This document shows, piece after piece, positions 14,746-23,600 of a DNA stretch of 64,000 bases; positions within the stretch are counted from its first letter, which is position 1; the number at the start of each line of letters is the position of its first letter. The DNA is from a virus (Duplodnaviria > Caudoviricetes). Made by a program: the position numbers and the translations under genes. Under the pieces are notes generated by a model, which saw nothing but the letters and a program-made list of their open reading frames with translations, had not been told where the DNA came from and did not search any database. The stretch lies in the IMG/VR virus record IMGVR_UViG_3300020045_005903, positions 7,644 through 71,643 of that record, one strand, 5' to 3'.

Positions 14746-15174
14746 ATGAGCCTAGAAGCTAAAAGAATATCTATACTTAAGACTGAGATAGCTAGCGGCA
14801 TTTATACCCTAGTTATTTCAGACCTTAAAATGCACAAAAAAAGCAACGGAGAATTAATACTATTTGAAGATAATCCAGGAGTGATAGTGAGCTTTAAACA
14901 CGAAGATAAAATACACCAAGAATTATATTGGATAGGCTCTACAAATTACACTAAGCTCCAAAGGATTATCTTACAAGTGGGACTTGACCCGAATAAACAA
15001 ATAATGAAAAAGGAAATTGTCGGCAAACGCATTTATGGACTGATTACAGAGATTAAAACAATGAGAGGTAATGAAGAGATTAAAAGCGAAAAGAAGTTGG
15101 CAGACACCTCACAAATAACTGAGGAGCCTAAATTTAAACAAGAATTAATAATTTATAAACAGGAGGGGTTTTAA
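14746..15174 (+). CDS. Hypothetical protein (possible DUF669/SSB-like)
   Basis: 142-aa ORF in recombination cluster. Confidence 0.5.
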   Translation: MSLEAKRISILKTEIASGIYTLVISDLKMHKKSNGELILFEDNPGVIVSFKHEDKIHQELYWIGSTNYTKLQRIILQVGLDPNKQIMKKEIVGKRIYGLITEIKTMRGNEEIKSEKKLADTSQITEEPKFKQELIIYKQEGF

Positions 15175-15620
15175 TGAATGTCCAAATCAAACATTATGGT
15201 ACGATTTTAAATGGGCGCAAAACCTATTTTAATCAGCCTCTATATGACTCTCAAATTCAATCCTTAGAAGGAAAGCAGTTTGTAGAGATTATTCAAGAGG
15301 TACATAGAAAGCCTTCTGTAAATTCTAACAATTATTACAGAGGAGGAATACTACCAACTTGTTATCAAGCAGAAATGTTTTCTCACTTTGATAACAAAGA
15401 CCAAGTTCACTCTCTATACTTTGCCCCAAAGTTTTTAACTCATATTGAGATTGTAAACATTGCAGGCGAACAAAGAGAGGTGACAATTACAAGAAGCCTA
15501 GCAGATTTAAACCAAGATGAAATGTCTGAGTTTATTACAAAAGTAAAAGCTGACTGCCATCAAATGGGATTAGAAATTGGCGAACCTGCAGATTATTTTA
15601 ATAAATTTTATAACAAATAA
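15174..15620 (+). CDS. NinB/Orf-like recombination protein
   Basis: SVNSNNYYRG and TRSLADLNQDEMSEFITKV..MGLEI.EP pattern. Confidence 0.6.
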   Translation: MNVQIKHYGTILNGRKTYFNQPLYDSQIQSLEGKQFVEIIQEVHRKPSVNSNNYYRGGILPTCYQAEMFSHFDNKDQVHSLYFAPKFLTHIEIVNIAGEQREVTITRSLADLNQDEMSEFITKVKADCHQMGLEIGEPADYFNKFYNK

Positions 15621-15622
15621 AT

Positions 15623-15889
15623 ATGAATCCAACAGAACAATACAGCGAATACCTAAGCCATAACAATATGGACTTGGAAGTATTAGGAGAGTCTTTTGAT
15701 GACCCTATTAAAAAATCAGATAACCAAAAGTTTTACTCGAAGGTTACAATTATTAACTGCGAATTTGGGCAACCACTTCCCAACAAAGACGGCTCGCAAA
15801 ATATCCATTATTCCTTAAAACGGAACGATAGAGAAGAATTGATCGAAGCAGTGAGAGACGTTAAAAACAACATAGAAAAATACTTATAA
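15623..15889 (+). CDS. Hypothetical protein
   Basis: 88-aa ORF. Confidence 0.65.
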   Translation: MNPTEQYSEYLSHNNMDLEVLGESFDDPIKKSDNQKFYSKVTIINCEFGQPLPNKDGSQNIHYSLKRNDREELIEAVRDVKNNIEKYL

Positions 15890-16284
15890 TGAGCTTGATC
15901 CACGATAATAAACTGCGGGCGTTAATCGACAAAAGAATGGGAGAAGTCTTTGGTAGAAACGAACGCAACAACCCTACTAACGGAAAACAGAAGTATCTAA
16001 TTCAAGACGCTGCTAAAAGAGGAATGTCTATTACAACTCCTAGACTAAGCAGATACCTTAAAGGCGAATTAGCAGGACTTACAGAAGACCAAATACTCTG
16101 GGTAGCGACTAGATTAGGAGTGTTTATTAACGTGGGATATGGCAAGCCTGTGCTTACTGATGGAATGCTTAGATATGAAGTTAGTGAGTATAAGGAAGAA
16201 GAGTGTTTAAGTGTATTGGGTAGAATTTTTCCTAGCGTAGAAGTTGTGCCGGAAATTCCTAAAAAGAAAAAGAAGAAAAAATGA
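15889..16284 (+). CDS. Putative HTH (Xre-like) DNA-binding protein
   Basis: GMSITTPRLSRYLKG helix-turn-helix-like segment. Confidence 0.45.
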   Translation: MSLIHDNKLRALIDKRMGEVFGRNERNNPTNGKQKYLIQDAAKRGMSITTPRLSRYLKGELAGLTEDQILWVATRLGVFINVGYGKPVLTDGMLRYEVSEYKEEECLSVLGRIFPSVEVVPEIPKKKKKKK

Positions 16285-16481
16285 GAATTAAATCTTCCTA
16301 CCAAAAACTTAAAGACAAAGTAGCCGAGCAAGAATTAGCCTACAAAAATTTGCGAGCAGACTTTAGGAAATATCATAATGGAGATTTTCAAACACAAACC
16401 CTATACGGAATGCAGTTTAAAATGGAAGATGAATTTGAACGACAAATCTGGGCAGGAGACAGTAGTTATGGCAAAGATTAA
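16281..16481 (+). CDS. Hypothetical protein
   Basis: 66-aa ORF. Confidence 0.6.
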   Translation: MRIKSSYQKLKDKVAEQELAYKNLRADFRKYHNGDFQTQTLYGMQFKMEDEFERQIWAGDSSYGKD

Positions 16482-16599
16482 AACTAAAGACATTTATAAT
16501 TGCTGTAACTGCGGTAAGCGTGGTTATGAAATTAAAGGCGATGTGTGCGTATATTGTGGAGTTGAAAAAGGATTTGTTAAACATAGAAGAATTAAATAA
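16468..16599 (+). CDS. Small zinc-ribbon protein
   Basis: CCNCG...CVYCG; start placed at MAKIKTK. Confidence 0.55.
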   Translation: MAKIKTKDIYNCCNCGKRGYEIKGDVCVYCGVEKGFVKHRRIK

Positions 16600-17255
16600 T
16601 GGCAAAGCAAAATAACGTCACTGAGCAATGGTTTAAAGACAAGGGTTATTTTTTGAACACTGACGGAAGTTGGTCGCCGCCTCAAATGAAATCTAAGTAC
16701 ATTAAAGTTCAAGCAGCCAAGAATGTATTAGAAGAGATTGAACTTGTTATAAAAGAGAAAGTAAACAGCAGCCCCGACTTTAAAATAATTCCTTCTACTG
16801 AATGGTTTATAACGAATTATAATGTGCCGAGCAAGAAAAATTCTAGGCAAAATTTTAAAAACGGAATAAGCATACCAAGCGAAAAGCACGCCGAATATGT
16901 TAAAATGACCGCTATGCAATATGACGCTTATGGTAAAGAATTTAGAAATGCGGTTGAATACTTTGACTTAAAGTATCCTTTACGTATTGAGTTTACATTT
17001 ATAAGAAGCTCTAAAAAATCATTTGATTACGGGAACGCCCTACAAACCTGTGAGGATATAATGAAGGACGAGTATAAAAAAATTCCAACGGATAAAATTG
17101 GTAAAAACGGTAAAAGAGTTAAAAAATTTGTATTAGTAAAACAAAATTGGTTTCCCGATGATTCTGCAGACTACTTATTACCATCTTTTAAACCTTATGA
17201 ATATGATAAAGAAAATCCAGGAGTACGCATAAAGCTTTTAATTACAAAACGATAA
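16599..17255 (+). CDS. RusA-like Holliday junction resolvase
   Basis: VPSKKNS, FDYGNALQTCED, PDDS, DKENPGVRI motifs. Confidence 0.65.
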   Translation: MAKQNNVTEQWFKDKGYFLNTDGSWSPPQMKSKYIKVQAAKNVLEEIELVIKEKVNSSPDFKIIPSTEWFITNYNVPSKKNSRQNFKNGISIPSEKHAEYVKMTAMQYDAYGKEFRNAVEYFDLKYPLRIEFTFIRSSKKSFDYGNALQTCEDIMKDEYKKIPTDKIGKNGKRVKKFVLVKQNWFPDDSADYLLPSFKPYEYDKENPGVRIKLLITKR

Positions 17256-17683
17256 TGGGAGAATTTAAACCTTATCCTAAACAAGGACCAAAACCAAAAA
17301 AGCAACCTAAGCCACTCAAGAGGTCGCCGATAAAAAAGAAATTTAAGGCTACAGGAGAGCGAGAAACATTTGAGGTAGTGCTAGACGAGCTTAGTGATTT
17401 CGAGCCTACAACGTGCTTTGTTTGCGGAATTAACGTGGCAGTTGTAACACATTGTAACATGGCTCACGTACTTTCAAAAAAGCAATACTCTTTGTTTAGG
17501 AATAATCCTAACAATATAAAAATACTTTGTCACCGAATAGTAGCAGACAAAGACGGAAATCAGGGATGTCATTATTTGTACGATATGACCCCACATAGTA
17601 ATTTAAAAGGAGAGGGGTGGGAGAAGCTATTTGAATTGCGCGATAAACTAAAAGAAGAATATAAAAGAATAGAGAAATTATGA
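17255..17683 (+). CDS. HNH/NinG-like nuclease
   Basis: CFVCG..AHVLSK..NPNNIKILCH. Confidence 0.65.
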   Translation: MGEFKPYPKQGPKPKKQPKPLKRSPIKKKFKATGERETFEVVLDELSDFEPTTCFVCGINVAVVTHCNMAHVLSKKQYSLFRNNPNNIKILCHRIVADKDGNQGCHYLYDMTPHSNLKGEGWEKLFELRDKLKEEYKRIEKL

Positions 17684-17904
17684 CAAATAGACTACCGCGC
17701 AAAACAAAGAAAGCAATAAAAGGTCGTATTTTAATTTACGACATACAATCCATGCCCAAATTCGCAAATCTAGAGAGATTGCTTTATGAGTTTAAAAACC
17801 ACCAATTGGTTCTTTGGGACTCACTACTTGGCGGACAAAAACCACAAATAATTGGGAATAAAAAGAAACTAAAATTTATAGACAGTCCTCTTACAAATCT
17901 GTAA
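17680..17904 (+). CDS. Hypothetical protein
   Basis: 74-aa ORF. Confidence 0.6.
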   Translation: MTNRLPRKTKKAIKGRILIYDIQSMPKFANLERLLYEFKNHQLVLWDSLLGGQKPQIIGNKKKLKFIDSPLTNL

Positions 17905-17940
17905 TGAAATGAAATTATTTAAAAATATTACAAACTTGAA
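17891..17940. promoter_or_regulatory. Tandem TTACAAA-type operator pair
   Basis: TTACAAATCTGTAAT and TTACAAACTTGAA, 37 bp apart, abutting the ATG. Confidence 0.55.
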
Positions 17941-18231
17941 ATGAATTATCCGCACTTTAAAAAATTTACACTTATGGAAGAAACAAACTCTACCGCCTCA
18001 GATAAAACAGAGTCATTTATTTACACCAAAGGCTCTATTGTTAGCAGAATAGCCGACGAAGAAATAAAAGACTTTTTTATTTGGATGATACGCGAAGCCA
18101 ATATTGATGTGGTGGACGCAGAAACCGCAATCGAAGTAAGAAGCTTAGAGGATAAACAAGGATTTGTTCCCGTTATGACTATTGATGAATTAATAACCCA
18201 TTATAGAGAATGCACAAGTCAGAAGAGTTAA
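17941..18231 (+). CDS. Hypothetical protein
   Basis: 96-aa ORF. Confidence 0.65.
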   Translation: MNYPHFKKFTLMEETNSTASDKTESFIYTKGSIVSRIADEEIKDFFIWMIREANIDVVDAETAIEVRSLEDKQGFVPVMTIDELITHYRECTSQKS

Positions 18232-18395
18232 TAGAAGAATTAGTGAAAGCTAAAATTATTAAAAATAAATTTTGCGATAAAAAAGCACAACTAATTATCA
18301 GAGAATACTTCTGCCAAGTATTTAAAGAAGCTGTTGAAAAAACTATTATAGCCAAAAACAAACAGAATTACATTCCGCCAAATTTTAATGATTAA
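18210..18395 (+). CDS. Hypothetical protein
   Basis: 61-aa ORF. Confidence 0.5.
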   Translation: MHKSEELIEELVKAKIIKNKFCDKKAQLIIREYFCQVFKEAVEKTIIAKNKQNYIPPNFND

Positions 18396-18410
18396 CAAAT
18401 AAATAAATAT

Positions 18411-18959
18411 ATGATACCAGAAAAAGTAAAACAAGAACAAAAAGAAAAGCTGCAAAAAGAACTATACGAAGTTATAGCATCGTTGCCCAATGACCCCGAA
18501 TATAAATTCGTGGCAAATATGCCAATCCCATTAGGGAAAAGCGTAATAGTGAAAAGAGTTAAACAAAACATCGTGTTGCCAGGCGGACTAATTCTTCCTG
18601 AAGCTGCAGAAAACTCTCAGTCCCCAAAAACGGGAGTTATTATGGCTATCGGTCCAGACTGTACTCGTGGGGTAAGAGTAGGATTAAGGTGTTATATGAA
18701 TCATTACTGCGACCTTGACGTAAAAATAGGAGTGGAAACATTCGCTATGCTAGAGGAGGCTGGAATTTATTACATACTGCCTTCTAATACGGATGTAATC
18801 TCCTCTGGACTTGACGTTAAGCCTGCAAAGCAAGTTAGAAGAGCTAAGTCTATTGATAGAGAAGACGACTATCAAAAGCGTAGATACAAGAAAGACCAAA
18901 ACGACAAGGATAAAATGCGCGATAAGACTAAGGGTAAGATATTTGCAATTAAGAAATAA
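18411..18959 (+). CDS. groES: GroES-like co-chaperonin with extensions
   Basis: PLGKSVIVKR..PGGLILPE..KTGVIMAIGPD..VRVG. Confidence 0.75.
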   Translation: MIPEKVKQEQKEKLQKELYEVIASLPNDPEYKFVANMPIPLGKSVIVKRVKQNIVLPGGLILPEAAENSQSPKTGVIMAIGPDCTRGVRVGLRCYMNHYCDLDVKIGVETFAMLEEAGIYYILPSNTDVISSGLDVKPAKQVRRAKSIDREDDYQKRRYKKDQNDKDKMRDKTKGKIFAIKK

Positions 18960-19021
18960 ATTGTTTAATTTTACAACCGCAGACACGTCTACTGAATAAA
19001 GTGAAGACAAAACATTAAAAG

Positions 19022-19051
19022 AAAGGTAGTTAGAAATAGCTGCCTTTTTTT
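19022..19051. terminator. Terminator at convergence of + and - arms
   Basis: AAAGGTAGTT/AGCTGCCTTT stem followed by T run. Confidence 0.6.
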
Positions 19052-19334
19052 ACAACTTAGCTAAAGCTTTAACCTTTGCCAACAATTCCTGAGCCTCAGC
19101 CAATGTTAAACACACAAAATTAGGCTCAGCGACATTAGCCCCAGAACTGAAATTATTGCAGTAATAAGACTCTAAAATTCGGATCCATCTCATCAATAAC
19201 ATTAATGTCATATACTCACACTTACTTACAGTGTCGCCATTTTTCTCTTTAAGAACGAAGTTTTGCCCCCAACAACCGGCAATATCTTTGCTTTTTAAAA
19301 CGGTCAGAAATAAGTCTGAGCTGAAAGTTGCCAT
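19050..19334 (-). CDS. Hypothetical (virion-module) protein, Cys-containing
   Basis: 94-aa ORF, last gene of the - arm. Confidence 0.7.
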   Translation of the reverse strand: MATFSSDLFLTVLKSKDIAGCWGQNFVLKEKNGDTVSKCEYMTLMLLMRWIRILESYYCNNFSSGANVAEPNFVCLTLAEAQELLAKVKALAKL

Positions 19335-19335
19335 A

Positions 19336-19443
19336 TTAATTTAAATTAAATTCTATTACTCCTACATTAGGGCCGTGCTGAACCTCCACAACGTTAGTTC
19401 CTTCATCACACGATATTCTATATATGAATATGATATGAGTCAT
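19336..19443 (-). CDS. Small hypothetical protein (not in ORF track)
   Basis: 35 aa MTHIIFIYRISCDEG...; fills the gap, start overlaps upstream stop. Confidence 0.45.
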   Translation of the reverse strand: MTHIIFIYRISCDEGTNVVEVQHGPNVGVIEFNLN

Positions 19444-19985
19444 TAGCTGAATGGTGTTGCGCCCGCTCCTGTAATAAATGAGTCTCCCGTTACATACCAT
19501 AAATTAAGCGTAGCGTCCATATAAACAAACTTAATTGCAGTTCCTATTAATCCTGTAGTAGTTCCATTAATAGTAATGCGAGTATCTGTAAGCGCCGCAT
19601 TTGCAGTGTAAAGAACTTCGTCTACAGAAGCCTTATGTGAATAAACCCATCCTAAAAGAAAGTCTCCTGTTCCTGTTGTAATAACATAACTTCCTGTTGT
19701 AGAAGTTGTTTGAACTATAAATTCATAAGTAGTTCCAACTACAGGAGAAACAGGTAAGCTAACAGCTATTCCCGCAGTATTACTCATATAAACAGTGGTA
19801 GATGAAGCTGTTGTAGATGTAGCAGGAGCATAAGTTCCTGCCGTAGCTAAATATACTGTTGCCGCTGCAGCACCCGCAGCACCTGCCGCGCCTGTATCAC
19901 CAGTGTCTCCCTTTACTCCTGTATTACCTTTAGGCCCAGCGGTTGAAGTTATCGCCGTTGAACAGCCGCAATTTACACAACTCAT
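19443..19985 (-). CDS. Collagen-like fibre/decoration protein
   Basis: Gly-X-Y run GPKGNTGVKGDTGDTGAAGAAGAA; C-terminal beta domain similar to 45875-46582. Confidence 0.7.
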   Translation of the reverse strand: MSCVNCGCSTAITSTAGPKGNTGVKGDTGDTGAAGAAGAAAATVYLATAGTYAPATSTTASSTTVYMSNTAGIAVSLPVSPVVGTTYEFIVQTTSTTGSYVITTGTGDFLLGWVYSHKASVDEVLYTANAALTDTRITINGTTTGLIGTAIKFVYMDATLNLWYVTGDSFITGAGATPFS

Positions 19986-20019
19986 AATATTATATTTTTT
20001 AAGTTAATCATTTTTTTGT

Positions 20020-20643
20020 CTAGCCGCAATCGCAATCACATAAAGCTTCAGCCTTAGCTAAAAATAATGCAGCTCTAGTGGTATTGCCTATTTGTGTATT
20101 CATTGCCGCCAAGTTTAAATATGTGTCGGCTTTTAAGTAATCCCAAATACAAGACTCGCAATCGCAAGTTGGGTCTATCGTTAAAGCCATCGCGTTAACG
20201 CAGCAACAAGCACTTACACAAGGAACTAACACCGCCGCAGAGGTAGTATATCCTGTGTATGCAATACCATTTGAATCTGTTCCGCTAATAGTGTAAGTTA
20301 CATCAACTACTCCGTCTGCAAATTCAGGCACGGTAACGCTGTAATCTCTCCAAATTGAGAACGGAGATGCTACAAATGGAAATACTGTACTTGCTAGACT
20401 TGATAATATTGAAGTGGCAGTTGCGCCGCTTAATCCTAATGTAGCCGCCGTAATAACGTTTGTGGCAATAGTAAAAGTAAAAGTTAGATATGCACCGCCT
20501 GTAAGAGTAACTACTATTACACAGCCTGTAATGTTTGCTGTTGGGACTGTAGGGTTTCCGTAATCTGCAGTTGCATCCGTAACAGTAATGTCAGTGCAAG
20601 TTGCAGAAGTAGTTAGTGTTATTGCTAGGGTGGGTGAAGCCAT
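20020..20643 (-). CDS. Putative structural protein with Cys-rich C-terminus
   Basis: Thr-rich beta region; CVSACCC, CDCESC and CDCDCG motifs. Confidence 0.6.
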   Translation of the reverse strand: MASPTLAITLTTSATCTDITVTDATADYGNPTVPTANITGCVIVVTLTGGAYLTFTFTIATNVITAATLGLSGATATSILSSLASTVFPFVASPFSIWRDYSVTVPEFADGVVDVTYTISGTDSNGIAYTGYTTSAAVLVPCVSACCCVNAMALTIDPTCDCESCIWDYLKADTYLNLAAMNTQIGNTTRAALFLAKAEALCDCDCG

Positions 20644-20670
20644 TGTTTTTAATTTGAGTAAATATATTAA

Positions 20671-23600
20671 TTATTTTTTATCACTTGACAAATATTTATC
20701 ATAGGTTGTGTATGCTTTTCCGTAAGGGGTAGATTTAATAAGCAATTTTTTAGCTTGTTTAGCGTCGCCGTGAAGCGCTGAATCTAAAGCCTTAATAAAA
20801 TTAACTATAGTTCCTTGTATTGCCACAGGATGTTCAATTAGATATATAAGCTGTTCTGGGTCATATATAAACATTAAGTTACCCATAGCGCCCTCTAGCG
20901 ATAAGGTTTCGTGGTATTTCTTTCTCTTCTTATCCTTGTCGTCATCTCCCGAATTTATTGCTAAGTAAATTGCGGCCACTGCAATAGCGCCATTTAAGTT
21001 GGCGGCAAACTCCCTATTCTTTAATCTACCAGTTTTTCTATCAAACTCAATCCCTTTAGAAACATCACTCATTAATTCACTAATACCTTCCTTAGTTAAA
21101 GTCTTAAATGTCATTTTTTTACCAACAACTTTTAAACCGCTTCTAACGCTACCAATCTTTTTCTCTCCATATTTGTTAAGCTCTTCGTAACCAAACCTAC
21201 TTTCTACCCAATCCGGCATCCAGGTTTTATATTGGGCCACTGCCTTACCAAGCTCTGTTCTCATAAATCTCCTTCTATCCTTCTCATCATATTTACCTTG
21301 TACTCCCGAAACTTTATCTTTATAAGACTGCATTTTTTTGTCAAAAGCCTTCTTATCTACGCTTGGTTTTAATTGATATTTACCATCCTTTAATTCAAAA
21401 CTGTTATATTCTTCCTTTGTCATGTGACCCAAGAACATACTTCCCGAAATTTGATATTCTCCAATCTGATTAAAGAAGTAGGCTAGTTTATTAAACGCAC
21501 CGCCCAATTTCATTTGAGGGTTTGAATCAAAGTCGGGGTGAACTACATTAAACATCTCTAAAATATCTAATGCTTTTTTACTTATAGCCAACTCGCCCAC
21601 TTTTTTAGTTCCGCGACCTCCAATAAACATTCTGCCGTTACCTTTTAAGAATAGAGTTAATCCTTCTTTGCGTAAATTGCTATAATTACCAATTCCAATA
21701 TTCACAATGTTGGCAGGAATATTAAATGCCATAGTAGTTAAGCTTCCTAAGTTTCTAAAAAATTTAGCAACAGCATCCGCTTTAACTCCTAATTTACCAA
21801 CACCTTGATTTTGATAAATCTTATCTTGTAATTCACTTTCAATAAAGTCAACTATCTCAGACTCTTTACTAAGTCTCTGTTTGTATAATTGTTGTACGGA
21901 ATCAAATAGAGGTATTAAAGGAGTCATGTGCTTAACGTGAGTGTAGTTATCAATTAGACTATTTGCCGCAGCATAAAAGTCTTTAGAATATCCTCTGTCT
22001 TTTGGTCTAGGCTTATCTGATTTTAAGGTTAAAGCTCCTCTATAATTTATAGAACTTTTTTTAGTATCAATTCCTGCTGCCTTCCTTGCTTTAAAAGCAA
22101 TGCCATAAGCTTTAATTATTTTGCCAGGCAAACTTCCCTTACCTTTATCTAACTCTTGCTGAACATCTCCATAAGCCTTTTTAATCTTTGTTTTTGTTGC
22201 GGGGTCTACTTCAGAAGTTTCGATTTCAGTTTCTAAGTCAGTGGCGCCTGTTAAATAAGCGTTAAGAGCAGATATAAAGCCACCTTGTTTCCACTGCTCT
22301 CTAAATTTAGGGTCAATCTTAATTATGTCGTTTTGAATTAAATTATCATTCTCGTCATAAGCCGCATTTCTTTTGTCATTTAATTCTCTAAAATAATCTA
22401 AGTATTCTGTTTGAGTTTTTGATAAATTTTTGTCCTCAGCCTCCTCTTTAGTTAAAACTTGACCTTTACCATTATCAACAAATTCAAAATATTTAGCAGA
22501 ATTAGAGCTGAATAATCCCGCGCCAAATCCTTTAACTATTCCTAGCTTCTTATTTTTCTCAGCAATAACAGCCTTAGCTAATTTTTCATGCTTAACTTTT
22601 AATTCGGTAGCCTCTTGTCTCTTAGCTAAAAATGCTTCATCTAAAGCTAAAGATAAGGCTTGTAATGAGGGGTATTTCCCTGGTGCATCAGACAGAGCTT
22701 TAAATATCTTAAAAATAGGTGAAATATCTTCGTCGTTACCCTTCTCAAAATCGGGATTAGTTTTTTGTAATTCTTTAATTTGCTCGTTTTCTAAAGCAAT
22801 AGCAATCCTAGTTTGCGCAGCCTTAAACAACGGACTGTCGTTGTCCATCTGATATGAAGCGCTCCAATAAGCTTCTATTAATTCCTCTTTAGTAAAATCT
22901 TCTAAAGTATCTTCTTTAAGCAAATCCTCTGTAGTTTGTACGGTGTTTTTGTATTCTAAATACTGCTTCTTGTCTTCTCTAATACGATTAAGAATGTTTT
23001 CTTTTAATCCTTGAGCTTGTTTAAGTTCTGAGGGTGTGCTATTCTTATCTTTAATTACTTCATTAGCCCATTCAATGTCTTCGTTTTCCTTTTCAATATC
23101 TCTACTCCATTGATCTTGTCTAAATTCATTAAATTTCTGTACTTCATCGTCGGAGGTTCTTTCAAATGCTTTTGTAGGTCTTTGATATTTAGCGTTTTGT
23201 TCGCCTCCGATAGTGTCTGACAATATTTGTTCTGCTCTATCAAATTCTTCTGTTTCCTCTAATAAGGTTTCTTTCTTTTCTTTGTCGGATAACTTAGACC
23301 TTTTTTCGACATTATTAGCCTCCACTTCCCCAGCAAGTTTGCGGTAAGTTAATTCCACCAAATCATTCCATTTGGCATCAGTAAAATCTGACTTTTTCTT
23401 CCCTTCCTTTTCTAAAATCTTTCTAGCAATCTCTGGGTTTCCTCCTTGCTGTTGTCCTTCGATGGATTGAATTGCGTGTTGGAGTTCGTGAAAAATGACT
23501 CTACGTAATCCACTGAGGCCGTTGGTGAGTGAATGTACTTCGTTGGCTGATACCTTTCCGAAGTATTCTTGGTAGGAGTTGGCGTTGATTCTAATTCTGT

